DNA of 64,000 nucleotides from a virus (IMGVR_UViG_3300037419_001469:20786-84785), one strand, 5' to 3'. Positions 37,467 to 48,289 are shown, counted from the stretch's first letter. Notes: generated by a model not told the origin, from the sequence alone. Program-made: numbers and translations.

Positions 37467-37971
37467 GATCAAGAATAAAGCGCAGGTGTTCCGGCAGATG
37501 GACGACTGGCTGGCCGCCGTCGAGGCGGAAATCGTCGCCGTGGCCAAGGGCATGGCGAGAGAGGCGCTGGCCGTGCTGCTGGAAAACTCGCCGCAGTACA
37601 GCGGCGACTTCGCCGCGAACTGGAACATCAGCATCGGGGAAAAGGATGTGTCGTTTCAGCCGCTGCTGTTCGGGGACGACAAGGCGTTTCCTTCGAAAGA
37701 CCCGTTCATTGCCGGCGATGCCCCGGCGATCTCGTATGCGCTGGCGCACAACGCCGGCCGGCTCGACGGCTTCCAGCTCGGGCAAACGATCTGGATCACG
37801 AATGCTGCCGCGCACGACCAGGATTACGCCTGGATGATCGAGAACAACCTGATCAAGTTCAGGGATGGCAACGCGGGCGAGCCGGTGTTCCACGCGCTGC
37901 AGCACCTGCAGATCCGCTACGGCACGATTGATAAAAGCCGCGCACAGCAGCTGACGGGAGGATTGACGTGA
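37459..37971 (+). CDS. putative tail-completion protein (HK97 gp10-like)
   Basis: SPQYSGDFAANW and ITNAAAH motifs; synteny. Confidence 0.6.
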   Translation: MLEIKNKAQVFRQMDDWLAAVEAEIVAVAKGMAREALAVLLENSPQYSGDFAANWNISIGEKDVSFQPLLFGDDKAFPSKDPFIAGDAPAISYALAHNAGRLDGFQLGQTIWITNAAAHDQDYAWMIENNLIKFRDGNAGEPVFHALQHLQIRYGTIDKSRAQQLTGGLT

Positions 37972-38375
37972 ATATGACACAGATGCGCGACGCGCTCGTG
38001 GCGAAGCTCGAAGACGATTTCGTCGCACAGCATGCCATGACGGTCGTCTATGACAATGCAGGCGAGATCGACCTGGACCATGTCACCAGCCCGTTCCTGA
38101 ACGTCAGCTTCACGTTTTACGGGGCAGTACAATCTTGCTTGGGGGAATCCCCATTTCATCGCACGCATGGTAGCATGCGGATAATTCTTATGAGCAAGTC
38201 CGGTACGGGCTTGCGCGAGCGGCTGGTGCTGATGGATGCGCTGACCGAGCTATTCAAATTTCAGGTGTTGGGCGGGCTTCACGTCCAGGTTCCCACGCCG
38301 GGTAGAACCGCGGAACAAAACGGCTGGCACAGCGCCACGCTCCTCGTTCCCTTCTTTGCAGATTCCAACGCATAA
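37968..38375 (+). CDS. putative tail terminator
   Basis: 135 aa immediately before the tail tube. Confidence 0.6.
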   Translation: MNMTQMRDALVAKLEDDFVAQHAMTVVYDNAGEIDLDHVTSPFLNVSFTFYGAVQSCLGESPFHRTHGSMRIILMSKSGTGLRERLVLMDALTELFKFQVLGGLHVQVPTPGRTAEQNGWHSATLLVPFFADSNA

Positions 38376-38390
38376 CCCGACGAGGACCAC

Positions 38391-39329
38391 ATGGCTACCA
38401 CCCCACTCGCAACGACTGCACTGGCGCAGCTGCGCTACATCAAGGAAACCGACTTCGGCGTGATCCCGGCTGCGGGCAACCCGAAAAACCTGCGCATGAC
38501 CGGCGAGTCGCTGGCCTTCTCGCTGTCGAAGACCGAATCCGCCGAGATCCGCGCCGACCGCCAGACCACCGACCTGGTGCTGACCTCGGCATCGGCCTCC
38601 GGCGCCGTGAACTACGAGCTGTCGTATGCGGAATTCGACGACTTCCTCGAAGCCGTGCTGTTCGGCACCTGGGCCGGCAACGTGCTGGTCAACGGCGTGA
38701 CCCAACGCTCGTTCACCATCGAGCGCGCACTGAACGACGTGAACCAGTTCTTTGCCTTCCGCGGCATGACGCTGTCGAAGATGTCGATGAAATGGCAGTC
38801 CGGTTCGATCACGGGCGGCTCGTTCGACTTCATGGGCAAGGATGCGGTGCGTGCCGGCGCGACCCAACTGCCGGGCTCCCCGATCGCGTCGCAGACCTTC
38901 GACGTGATGAATGGCGTGTCCGGCGTGACCGGCATCAAGGAAGGTGGCGCGGCGCTGGCCGGCACCTTCATCAAGTCGCTGGACCTGTCGATCGACAACA
39001 GCCTGCGCGCCCGCGACGCGATCGGCACCCTGGGCGCGGTGTCGATCGGCGCCGGCACGATCAAGGTCACCGGCAACATCTCGGTGTATTTGTCGGACGG
39101 TACGCTCTACGACAAATTCCTGAACAACACCTCGACCTCGCTGGAGTTCACCAGCCAGGACGGCGCGGGCAACGGCTACACGATCCTGCTGCCGCACGTC
39201 AAATACGGCGATGCGAAAGTTGCCGCTGGACAAAAAGATCAGGACGTGATGCTGGATCTGCCGTTCACTGCGCTGATGGATTCCGTGTCCGGCAACACGA
39301 TCCAGATCACCAAGGTCGCCGCGGGCTGA
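38391..39329 (+). CDS. major tail tube protein
   Basis: SAEIRADRQ, SFTIER, LSIDNSL, VTGNISVY patterns; no sheath gene, so a non-contractile tail. Confidence 0.85.
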   Translation: MATTPLATTALAQLRYIKETDFGVIPAAGNPKNLRMTGESLAFSLSKTESAEIRADRQTTDLVLTSASASGAVNYELSYAEFDDFLEAVLFGTWAGNVLVNGVTQRSFTIERALNDVNQFFAFRGMTLSKMSMKWQSGSITGGSFDFMGKDAVRAGATQLPGSPIASQTFDVMNGVSGVTGIKEGGAALAGTFIKSLDLSIDNSLRARDAIGTLGAVSIGAGTIKVTGNISVYLSDGTLYDKFLNNTSTSLEFTSQDGAGNGYTILLPHVKYGDAKVAAGQKDQDVMLDLPFTALMDSVSGNTIQITKVAAG

Positions 39330-39354
39330 TCGAGGCGGCTGTTGCCGCTGCCCA

Positions 39355-39384
39355 AGAGGCCGCCTCCGGGCGGCCTCTGTTTTT
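39355..39384 (+). terminator. intrinsic terminator
   Basis: AGAGGCCGCC-tccg-GGCGGCCTCT-GTTTTT. Confidence 0.8.
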
Positions 39385-39473
39385 CTCGACAGGGTTTTTG
39401 CCTGGAGGTAAGATTGCGCGGTCTTTGACGAAGACGCAGTGCTTATCCAGATACCTTGACTAGGAGAACTTTC

Positions 39474-39884
39474 ATGCTCGATCTCTTTTCCCAATTTGCC
39501 ACCGATGCCCAAGCCGAACTCAACGGCGTGCGGGTCCCGTACCAGGGCGTCGTGTTCATCATCGCCCGCTCGGGCAACAAGCGTTACGGCAAGCTGCTGG
39601 CCGAAAAATTCAAGAAGCACCAGGTGCAGCTGGAGCTGAAGGACGACGCCGCCGACGAGCTGTCCGACAAGCTGATGGCCGAGATCATGGCCGAGACCAT
39701 CCTGCTCGGATGGGAAGGCGACATCGGCTACAAGGGTGAAAAACTCGCCTATTCGAAGGAAAACGCGGTCAAGGTGCTGATGCACCCGGACTTCCGCGCC
39801 TTCATCAGCAAGCTGGCCGACGATCGCGAGAAATTCCGCGCCGACGCCATCGACGAGAAGGTGGGAAACTCCGCAGCGTCCTGA
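39474..39884 (+). CDS. tail assembly chaperone (gpG-like)
   Basis: AGGAG RBS; between tail tube and TMP; slippery G GGA AAC near the end. Confidence 0.8.
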   Translation: MLDLFSQFATDAQAELNGVRVPYQGVVFIIARSGNKRYGKLLAEKFKKHQVQLELKDDAADELSDKLMAEIMAETILLGWEGDIGYKGEKLAYSKENAVKVLMHPDFRAFISKLADDREKFRADAIDEKVGNSAAS

Positions 39885-40219
39885 CCTGGGAAATGCAGTG
39901 GGGCAGCTCGGTCAAATCCCTGCTGGAGATCAAGAAGGCCAGCGGCAAGACGCCCCTGGCCTTGCTGAACCGCCCCCTGCTGCGCGCTGACTGCCTGGAC
40001 TGCAAGAAGGCGTTCCACTTGCTGTCTGGCCAGCGGCAATCCGACCAGACCGGGCCGCAACCGATCGCGATCTCGGAAATCGAGTCGTACCTGCGCTTGA
40101 AGCGCATCGACGACGAGGACGAGATCGACACCTACCTCGAAGCCATCACCGCCCTCGATGCGCTGTGGCTGGAGAACGTGCGCGAGAAGATGGCGCAGGC
40201 GATCAAAAGTCCCACTTAG
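39863..40219 (+). CDS. tail chaperone gpGT extension via -1 frameshift
   Basis: In-frame heptamer G-GGA-AAC at 39863-39869; the -1 frame is open into ORF 39893-40219. Confidence 0.8.
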   Translation, partial: GKLRSVLTWEMQWGSSVKSLLEIKKASGKTPLALLNRPLLRADCLDCKKAFHLLSGQRQSDQTGPQPIAISEIESYLRLKRIDDEDEIDTYLEAITALDALWLENVREKMAQAIKSPT

Positions 40220-40309
40220 TGGGGATTCCCACTGAGTGGGATTTTGTTTCCTACCGGGAAGAATTGCCTGGTGATAATATCGACCTATCCCCGTTGACCA
40301 TCCGCCATC

Positions 40310-43300
40310 ATGTCTGACGCCGTCTCGAACATTGCCCTTGGCGTAAGCTCGCAGGACGCCCTGACGCACCTGAAGGAGTTGCGCGAAGCGTTCGCGTCGC
40401 TGAAGACCGAGATGAACGAATTCTCGGCGGCGCGGACGAGCACCGATGCGCTGTCGCAGGGTGCGGCCGCCTCCGCCTCCGCCATCGAGCGGCTGTCGGC
40501 AGACCTGAACCGGGCGCAGAGCGAGATGCGCGGCCTGCGCACGCTGGTCGACGAACTGACCCGGGCCAACCAGGGCTTGCAAACGGCGCTGTCCGGCGCG
40601 GCGCGTGCGCAGCAGGAGGCGTCGACTGGCGCCACGCAGGCGGTCACGCGCGCCAATGCCGAGCAAACCCGTTCCCTCACCGCCAGCCTCGAGCAGCAGG
40701 TGCGCGCGACCCAGGACGCCGCCAACCGGCGCGTCAGTACCGAGGAAGAAACCTCGCGCCGCATCGCGGCTTCCTACCGGCAAAATCTCGGCAACAGCTT
40801 CTCGATCTCTTACCGCCTGTCTCCCGAGGAGGCGACCGCCTCCGCAATGGGGCCGTCGCGGCAGGAGATGGATGCGGCGATGCAGCGGCAAAACCTTGTG
40901 GCCATGCGCAACGAGTGGGCCGCCGCCGAGGAGGAGCGCCGCCGCCAGGGCCGCAGCACGTCGCAGGAAATGCTGCGCGCCGAACTGGACCGTCAGGCGC
41001 AGGCGCGGCAGACCGGCCAGGAAATGCAGCGCGCGGAGGTCGAGCGCCAGGCGGAGGCAAAGCAGACCGGCTGGTTGATGGTCAAGGCGGAGCTGGACCG
41101 CCGCAGCGAAGCCAACCGCACCTACCAGGACATGCTGCGGGCGGAGACCGAGCGCCAGGCGCAGGCGAAGGTCACCGCGCAGGAGATGCAGCGCGCGGAG
41201 GCGGAGCGCGCCGCCGAGGGCCGCGCCACTGCGCAGGAAATGCTGCGCGCCGACCTGGAACGCCGCGCCCAGGGTATGGCGACGGCGCAGGACATGCTGC
41301 GCGCCGACCTGGAGCGCGCCGCCGAAGGGCGCGCGACCGCGCAGGACATGCAGCGCGCGGAGCTGGAGCGACAGGCGCAGGCGAAAGCGACCGCGCAGGA
41401 AATGCTGATGGCCGAGGTGCAGCGCCGCGAACAGAACTCGCTGGCGCTCAAGGATGCCCGCGCGCTGATCGCCACGCAGGAACGCCAGCTGCAACTAGCC
41501 AAGGAGGCGATGGCCTACCGCCTGAGCGGCGTGTCCGACGACATGGTCAAGGCGCAGTACGGCACGCTGGTCGAGGGGATGGCCAATCCTGCGGGCATCC
41601 GCAGCATGGAGCAGCAGCTGGCCGCCGCCAAGACCCAGGCCGAGCAGTTGGCCGCCGCCCTGCGCGACGCCGGCAAGAACACCGCCTTCCTGGCGGACGC
41701 GGCGCACTCGGATGTCCAGCGGCTGCAGCGGCAGCTGGACTTGCTGAAGACCGCCTACACGTTCTCGCAGCAGCCGGGCGTCACGCCGCAGCACGTCGAG
41801 GAGAAATACGGCTCGATGGCGGCAGCCCGGGCCAACCCGGCCGACATCGCCGGGCATGAAGCACTGCTGGCCGCGGCCACGGCCGCCGCCGCGCAGCAGA
41901 ATACGCTGGCCGGCGCCACCGGCCGCGTTTCCGCCGCCAACCGCGAAGCCTCCCTCGCGATGAAGGAATACGGCGACGCGATGAAGGAAGTCCACTCGCT
42001 TACGCGGGGCCTGGCGGGCGGCCTGCAGATGCTGTGGGTGACCTGGGGCTCGATGGCGCCGCTGGTCGCGGGCGCGGCGCTGACCGGCACCCTGCGCGCG
42101 GTGTACAACGTCGGCAAGGAGGTCGAATACCAGCTGCAGTTCGTCAAGGCGTTGGGCGAGGAGCCCGTCGACTTCGACCGCTTCATCAAGATTTCCGAAG
42201 GATCCATCGTCGGCCTGAAGGATGCGGCCAACGGCATGCGCGCCCTGTCGCAAGCCGGCCTGGACGCGCACCAGGCGCTGCTGGCGCTACCCACCGTCAT
42301 GAACCTGGCAGTCGTGGGCGAGATGAGCGTTGGCCAGGCGGCGCTGGCGGCAACCGGCGTGATGAACGCCTTCAACCTTGCCATCGGTGACATCGACCGG
42401 GTAGGCGACATTTTCGCGAAGGTCGCAGCCACGACCAACACCAGCGTCGCGGGCATGACCGAGGCGATGAAGCAAGCGTCGACCGTGGGCGACATGTTCA
42501 AGGTCTCGATCGAGGAAACGGCCGCCTCCATCGGCGTGCTGGCCAAGAGAAACATCGAAGGCACCGCAGCCGGCACGTCGCTGACGAATGCGCTGAAGGG
42601 CCTGTATGAGCCGAGCGATAAGGCCAAGGAAGCCCTGCAGCGGCTCGGCATCGAGACGCGCGACCCGAACGGCCAGCTAAAGAACTACACCGAGCTACTG
42701 AAGGACCTTGCGCTGAAGCTGTCGACGCTGAACGAGTCCGGCAAGCAGAACTTCCTGGGAACGATCACCGACCAGCGCGGTGCGAAGACGATCTCCGCGA
42801 TCACTTCCGACATGGGCGCGTACATGAAGGCGCTGGACGATGCCAAGCATGCGACCGGCTTCATGACGCAGGCGGTCTCCGTGCTCGAAGACACGACGAC
42901 GGGTTCGCTCAAGCGCATGTCGAACGCCTTCGAAGGCTCGTTCGCCAAGGCATTCGAATCCGCCGCGCCGGCCATCCGCCAGGTGGTTGATGCGCTGGCC
43001 GAGGGCGCGCGCAGCCAGCAGTTCATCGACCTGATCGACAACCTGGCACGCGGTGCGTCGCAACTCACCTTGCTCATGGTCGAGCACGGCAAGACGATCC
43101 TGTGGGTGCTCGGTATCTATGCCGGCGCACGGGTAATTTCCGGGTTCACCTCCGGGCTGGAAGTGCTGAAGCTGCGCTCGATCGAAGCGGCCGCCGCGCA
43201 ACAGGCGATGGCAGCCGGCCAGACGACGCTGACCGCGAGCGCGGCGCTTGCCGCCACCGGCATCGGCCGCCTGGCCGCCGTGTTGCGCGGCCTGACCGCG

Positions 43301-46300
43301 GCGGCCGGCTGGATTGGCCTGGCGATCGCTGCACTGACGACCCTATACGAGCTGTGGACGGGCGGTGCGGATAAAGCCGAGCTGGCCGAGCAGAAGGTCC
43401 AGAACTCGATCAACACGACCTTGACCTTCCTGGACCGCGAAATCGATCGGCTGAAGCAGAGGAATGAACTGCTGCAGACGAGCCTGCGCGATGAGTTCGG
43501 CATTGGCGGCGACGCACAGCAGAAGACGATCCAGTCCGAGCAGGAGCGGCAGCAGCAGCATCTGAAGGACTTGCAAGGCCAGAAGGCGTCGCTGCAGTCC
43601 GAGATTGACAAGCTGTCCAGCAAGACCGTGGATGCGAAGGTCGGGCAGACCGTCGACATCCGCGACATCAACGCGCTGCGCGAGAAACGCGCCGAGATGC
43701 AGAGCCTGAACCGGACCATCGAGGATACCCGCGCCAAACTCGCGGGCGTCTCCGACAAGCTGCAGGAAATTTCCGCGCAGGATTCCGAAGGCCGCAACCT
43801 GAACCAGCAGCTCAAGCTGATGCGCGACCTGGTCGCGCTGGAGCACCAGATGGGCGGCGGCGGCGTGCAGTACGAGCGCAACGGTAATGCCGCCACGCAC
43901 GGCATGCTGCCGCAGGTAGAAGCCCTGAAGCAGCGCACGCGCGAGGCGACCGGCGCGGCGGACCTGCAGCAGATCCAGCAGGAATACGACAATGCCTACC
44001 GCCATGTGCAGGGCGTGCTGCAGAACTTCGAGAAGCTGGACAAGAAGGCAATCAGCGACGAGATGCAGGCGCGCATCAAGGAGATCGAGGGCGCGCGCCA
44101 GCGCCTGGACGACAGCCTGAAAAAGCAGGAGGAGCAGGCCAAGGCCAGGAACAAGGCCGGGGAGATGGGTGACGCCGAGCTGCTGGCGAAGCAGCGCGAG
44201 CTGTCCGTGACGAAAGCCACCGGACATGCGCAGGCCGCCGCCGACATGTACAGCGTCTATTCCGAATACCCGGACCATAAGAAGGACATGCAGGCGCAGG
44301 TCGAGGCGCTGAAGCTGGCGAAGCAGCAAGGTGCCGAGGCTTCAGAAAAATATGACGCCGAAATGGCGGCAATGACCCGGAAGTTCGATGACGAGACCCT
44401 GGCGCACAAGGCGGAAACGCTGCGCATGCAGGGCCACCTGGTCGACGCCTACCTGCTGGAGATGCAGGCGAAGTATGGCAAGACGATCGACAAGATCGAG
44501 CGGGACTTGAACAACCCGGAACTGAAGCTGACCAGCCAGCAGCGCAAGTCCCTGGAAGACCGCCGCGCCAGCATCCAGGAAGAAATTGCCCACGGCGTGC
44601 TGAAGAACTCGTTTACCGAGACCGTCGACAGCTTCAGCAGCAAGAAGACGGACATGCAGAACAGCATCGACGACCTGGCCCCGAAAGCGGCCAAGGGCGA
44701 TGCGTTCTCGCTGCTGGCGGTCGCGCAGGAAGCGGAAAACATCCGCAGGCAATCCGTGCCGGCGCTGCAGGCGCTGGCGGAACAGGCCCGGGCCACCGCG
44801 AAAGAGCTTGGCGATCCGAAGCTGCTGGCGCAGGCGAACCAGATGAGCCGGGAGCTGGCCAAGGAAGCCGACAAGACGATCGAGCTGTGGCAGCAGGCCG
44901 GCAAGGCGATTGAAAAATCGCTGACGGAAGCCTTCGGCGCGGGCGGCAAGGCCGCTGGCGGCATGATCTCGGCGTATATCTCTTACACCAAGGAAAAGGA
45001 AAACATCGACGCCCGGGTGCAGAAGGTCAAGGACGACCCGAACCTGGACGATGCCGAGCGGCAGAAGAAGCTCGACGAGCTGTCGAAGGCCAGCGCGCAG
45101 GCGCAGATCAACAATTACGCGACGATGGTCGGCGCCGCCAAGGGCTTCTTCGATACCAAGAGCAAGGGCTACGCCGTGCTGCAGAAGGCGGAGCAGGCGT
45201 TCCGCCTGTTCGAGATCGGCCTGGCGCTGGAGTCGTACGTCAAGAAGACCTTCTTCGCCACGGCGGAGACGACCGCCGCCGTCGCCGGGGACCAGGCCAA
45301 GGCCGCCTCTGCCGTCGCGGTCACGCCAACCCTGGTTGGCGCAAGCATGGCGCAGGGCCAGGCCGCCGCCGTGGCGGGAGTCGCGAACCAGGCGCAGGGC
45401 GACCCCTACTCCGCCTGGGTGCGCATGGCCTTGATGGCTGCCACGATGGCCGCGCTCGGCTTTGCCGTGATGGGCAGCGGCAGCAGCGACGCGCCCGCGC
45501 GCGACCCGGCCAAGGACCTGCAGGACCGCAACGGCACCCAGGCGCAAGGGAGAAGCGGCGATAACACCGCCATCGGCTACTACGATTGGGAGTTACAAAA
45601 ATCCGACTCCATCGACAAGTCGCTGGAGATCGTCAAGAACAACAGCAACATCGCGCTGCGTTACACGCAGCTGATGACGGCGCACCTGCAGTCGATCAAG
45701 GACAACATCGGCAACCTGGCTGTCCTGGTGTCGAACGCGGCTGGCGTGCGCGGCACGATGGCTGACACTGCCGGCCTGGGCCTCGGGTCGGTCAATGGCG
45801 GCATGGGCTTTTCGATCACCCGCACGAGCCTGCAGGATTCCGGCATCGTCTTTGGCCAGCAGACCCTTGCCGATGCGATCGCGCAGGGCATGAAGGCCAA
45901 TAGCTACATGCAGGTGCAGACCGACACCTCGTCCTGGTGGGGGCTGTCGCACGACATCGAGAACGTCACGAAGTACGGCAGCCTGTCGGATGATTTGCTG
46001 CGCTCGTTCACGTCCACACTCAGTGAGGTGGCGCAGACCGCGCAGGTCGCGGGGCAGTCCCTCGGCCGGTTCGGCGGCAACCTGCAGGATGCGCTGCAAA
46101 ACATCGACCTGGCCAGCCTGGGCCTGACGCAGGCGTCGTTCAAGGGCATGAGCCAGAAGGAGGTTCAGGACGCGATCGACGCGATGATGAGCCAGGCGGG
46201 AGACAGGATCGCGCATGACCTGGTGCCGGGACTGGACGCGTTCCAGCGCGCCGGGGAATCCTACCTGACGACGCTGGTGCGCGTGTCGACCGGCCTGGAG

Positions 46301-48277
46301 CAGGCGAAGAATGCGTTGCAGGAATTCGGCCTGCAGGCGACGAGCCTGGAAAATATCCAGAACAAGACCGCCTCCGACATCGGCGCCGAATCGGTCCGGG
46401 AAGCGATCACGAACAAGGAGTCGACGCCGCAATTCAATCCGCGGTGGGACGGCGGCGGCACCTGGACGCAGAAGCTCAACGGCGTTGGCGACATCATCGA
46501 GCACATGACCGGTTCGGTCGACGACCTGGTCAACGCCTACCGCGACTTGTTGAAGATCCGCAGCGAGATGTTCTCGATGGGCCTGAACTACGCCGGCCTG
46601 ACGCAAAAGATGGTCGACGGCGCGGGCAGCCTGCAAAACCTGACGTCGGGCATGGACGCCTACACATCGAAGTTCTTCAGCGCGGCGGACCAGCAGCGCA
46701 TGAAGATCGACATGCTGACCGCGCAGTTCAAGAACCTCGGCGTCGAAATGCCGACCTCGGAAAAGGGCTTTGTTGCGCTGGTCAATTCGATCGATCTGAC
46801 CACGGATTCTGGTCAGAAGCTGTACGGCCAGTTAATGAGCCTGGCCGGCGCGTTTGCCGATGCGGCGGATGCGTCCGGCACCGTCATCGCACAGCTTGCC
46901 GAGCTGCGCCACGCGATCACCAGCACCGATTACAAGACCGACCCGACGACCATGACCGATTGGGCCAAGCGCTGGCTCGACGTGAAAAACAATGCGGCGG
47001 ACCTGTTCGATACGATCGACAAGGCGATTTTCGACCAGAAGCAGTCGGCGTATAACGCCTACGACAGCATGACGAGCCTGACGGCGGACCAGGCTACGGC
47101 CAAGGCGCAGCTGCTGGCCGACATGCAGCAGATGCAGGCCGAGCAGGAAGCGAGAAGCCAACAGAAGATTTCTGACCTGTGGGGCCAGTTCAATACCGCG
47201 GGCATCACGCCGGAGCAACAACTTGACCTGGCTGGCAAGCTGAAGGATGCGATCCTCAACCGCTACCAGATCGAGCAGCAGAATAGCCAGAAGCTGATTG
47301 CCGCGGCCAAGCAGATCAAGGACTACCTCGACTCACTGCTGACCGGGGATTTGTCCCCATTGACGAATTCCGGCAAGCTGCAGGCCGCACAGAGCGATTA
47401 CCAGTCGACGCTGGCTGCTGCACAGGGCGGCGATACCAACGCGCTGTCTGCGCTGCAGGGCAAGGCGCAGACATACCTGGAGCAGGCCCGCAACTTCTAC
47501 GCGTCGTCGGATGCCTACAAGGCGATTTTCGACCAGGTCTACAGTTCTCTGCAGGCGATGGGCCAGAGCGCCGATGCCCAGGGCAATTCAGCCATCGACA
47601 TCGCGAACCAGCAGCTGACCCAACTGCAGTCCCTGGAGACCGCGGTGCAAGGCGTGCAGGATCAGGCCAGCAAGCAGTACGACACGGCGGTCAACACGCT
47701 GGCTGCTGCGATCGCGCAGCAGCAGGCGCTGGAGGCGACCTACGGCGTGGTGTCGACGATACCGCAGCTGCTGGCCGACATGCCTGCCGGCCTGACCGCC
47801 GCGCTGCTGGCAGCCGGTGTGGTGAATAAGAACCCGATCGGCACTGCGCCGACTGTGGCCACCAGCAGCCAGTTGCCAAGCAACCCGGCCACGATACAGC
47901 CGGCCCCGACTTACGGCGCCGGCACGCCGAATACGACGGTGCCGCGCTTCTTCGACGTTGCCTTCGGCTCGCACGCGAAGGGCCTGGACTACGTGCCATT
48001 CGACGGCTACATGGCGCAGCTGCACAAGGGAGAGCGGGTGCTGACGGCTGCCGCGACCGCGCGCATGGATGCCGGCCACGCCAACCTGATCGACCAGCTC
48101 ACGGCGCTGCGCGCCGAAGTCGCCGCGCTGCGCAGCGAGCAGCGCGACCATACCGGCGCGGTGATCCGCAGCCATTACGACGCGACCGACCGCGCCGCCG
48201 ACAAGGTCGTGGCAGGCACGAAGGACGCTGCAGAGACCGCCGCCTGGCAACAGCGCAGCGCGGCCACCTTGAAGTGA
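40310..48277 (+). CDS. tape measure protein (2655 aa)
   Basis: Helical Ala/Gln-rich; TP901-type core (TNTSV...VSIEET...AGTSL); C-terminal HKGERVLT. Confidence 0.95.
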   Translation: MSDAVSNIALGVSSQDALTHLKELREAFASLKTEMNEFSAARTSTDALSQGAAASASAIERLSADLNRAQSEMRGLRTLVDELTRANQGLQTALSGAARAQQEASTGATQAVTRANAEQTRSLTASLEQQVRATQDAANRRVSTEEETSRRIAASYRQNLGNSFSISYRLSPEEATASAMGPSRQEMDAAMQRQNLVAMRNEWAAAEEERRRQGRSTSQEMLRAELDRQAQARQTGQEMQRAEVERQAEAKQTGWLMVKAELDRRSEANRTYQDMLRAETERQAQAKVTAQEMQRAEAERAAEGRATAQEMLRADLERRAQGMATAQDMLRADLERAAEGRATAQDMQRAELERQAQAKATAQEMLMAEVQRREQNSLALKDARALIATQERQLQLAKEAMAYRLSGVSDDMVKAQYGTLVEGMANPAGIRSMEQQLAAAKTQAEQLAAALRDAGKNTAFLADAAHSDVQRLQRQLDLLKTAYTFSQQPGVTPQHVEEKYGSMAAARANPADIAGHEALLAAATAAAAQQNTLAGATGRVSAANREASLAMKEYGDAMKEVHSLTRGLAGGLQMLWVTWGSMAPLVAGAALTGTLRAVYNVGKEVEYQLQFVKALGEEPVDFDRFIKISEGSIVGLKDAANGMRALSQAGLDAHQALLALPTVMNLAVVGEMSVGQAALAATGVMNAFNLAIGDIDRVGDIFAKVAATTNTSVAGMTEAMKQASTVGDMFKVSIEETAASIGVLAKRNIEGTAAGTSLTNALKGLYEPSDKAKEALQRLGIETRDPNGQLKNYTELLKDLALKLSTLNESGKQNFLGTITDQRGAKTISAITSDMGAYMKALDDAKHATGFMTQAVSVLEDTTTGSLKRMSNAFEGSFAKAFESAAPAIRQVVDALAEGARSQQFIDLIDNLARGASQLTLLMVEHGKTILWVLGIYAGARVISGFTSGLEVLKLRSIEAAAAQQAMAAGQTTLTASAALAATGIGRLAAVLRGLTAAAGWIGLAIAALTTLYELWTGGADKAELAEQKVQNSINTTLTFLDREIDRLKQRNELLQTSLRDEFGIGGDAQQKTIQSEQERQQQHLKDLQGQKASLQSEIDKLSSKTVDAKVGQTVDIRDINALREKRAEMQSLNRTIEDTRAKLAGVSDKLQEISAQDSEGRNLNQQLKLMRDLVALEHQMGGGGVQYERNGNAATHGMLPQVEALKQRTREATGAADLQQIQQEYDNAYRHVQGVLQNFEKLDKKAISDEMQARIKEIEGARQRLDDSLKKQEEQAKARNKAGEMGDAELLAKQRELSVTKATGHAQAAADMYSVYSEYPDHKKDMQAQVEALKLAKQQGAEASEKYDAEMAAMTRKFDDETLAHKAETLRMQGHLVDAYLLEMQAKYGKTIDKIERDLNNPELKLTSQQRKSLEDRRASIQEEIAHGVLKNSFTETVDSFSSKKTDMQNSIDDLAPKAAKGDAFSLLAVAQEAENIRRQSVPALQALAEQARATAKELGDPKLLAQANQMSRELAKEADKTIELWQQAGKAIEKSLTEAFGAGGKAAGGMISAYISYTKEKENIDARVQKVKDDPNLDDAERQKKLDELSKASAQAQINNYATMVGAAKGFFDTKSKGYAVLQKAEQAFRLFEIGLALESYVKKTFFATAETTAAVAGDQAKAASAVAVTPTLVGASMAQGQAAAVAGVANQAQGDPYSAWVRMALMAATMAALGFAVMGSGSSDAPARDPAKDLQDRNGTQAQGRSGDNTAIGYYDWELQKSDSIDKSLEIVKNNSNIALRYTQLMTAHLQSIKDNIGNLAVLVSNAAGVRGTMADTAGLGLGSVNGGMGFSITRTSLQDSGIVFGQQTLADAIAQGMKANSYMQVQTDTSSWWGLSHDIENVTKYGSLSDDLLRSFTSTLSEVAQTAQVAGQSLGRFGGNLQDALQNIDLASLGLTQASFKGMSQKEVQDAIDAMMSQAGDRIAHDLVPGLDAFQRAGESYLTTLVRVSTGLEQAKNALQEFGLQATSLENIQNKTASDIGAESVREAITNKESTPQFNPRWDGGGTWTQKLNGVGDIIEHMTGSVDDLVNAYRDLLKIRSEMFSMGLNYAGLTQKMVDGAGSLQNLTSGMDAYTSKFFSAADQQRMKIDMLTAQFKNLGVEMPTSEKGFVALVNSIDLTTDSGQKLYGQLMSLAGAFADAADASGTVIAQLAELRHAITSTDYKTDPTTMTDWAKRWLDVKNNAADLFDTIDKAIFDQKQSAYNAYDSMTSLTADQATAKAQLLADMQQMQAEQEARSQQKISDLWGQFNTAGITPEQQLDLAGKLKDAILNRYQIEQQNSQKLIAAAKQIKDYLDSLLTGDLSPLTNSGKLQAAQSDYQSTLAAAQGGDTNALSALQGKAQTYLEQARNFYASSDAYKAIFDQVYSSLQAMGQSADAQGNSAIDIANQQLTQLQSLETAVQGVQDQASKQYDTAVNTLAAAIAQQQALEATYGVVSTIPQLLADMPAGLTAALLAAGVVNKNPIGTAPTVATSSQLPSNPATIQPAPTYGAGTPNTTVPRFFDVAFGSHAKGLDYVPFDGYMAQLHKGERVLTAAATARMDAGHANLIDQLTALRAEVAALRSEQRDHTGAVIRSHYDATDRAADKVVAGTKDAAETAAWQQRSAATLK
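40958..41434 (+). repeat. nine tandem 18-aa (54-nt) repeats in the TMP
   Basis: TAQ(E/D)MxRA(E/D)LERxA units. Confidence 0.85.
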
Positions 48278-48289
48278 GGAGATTGATCC

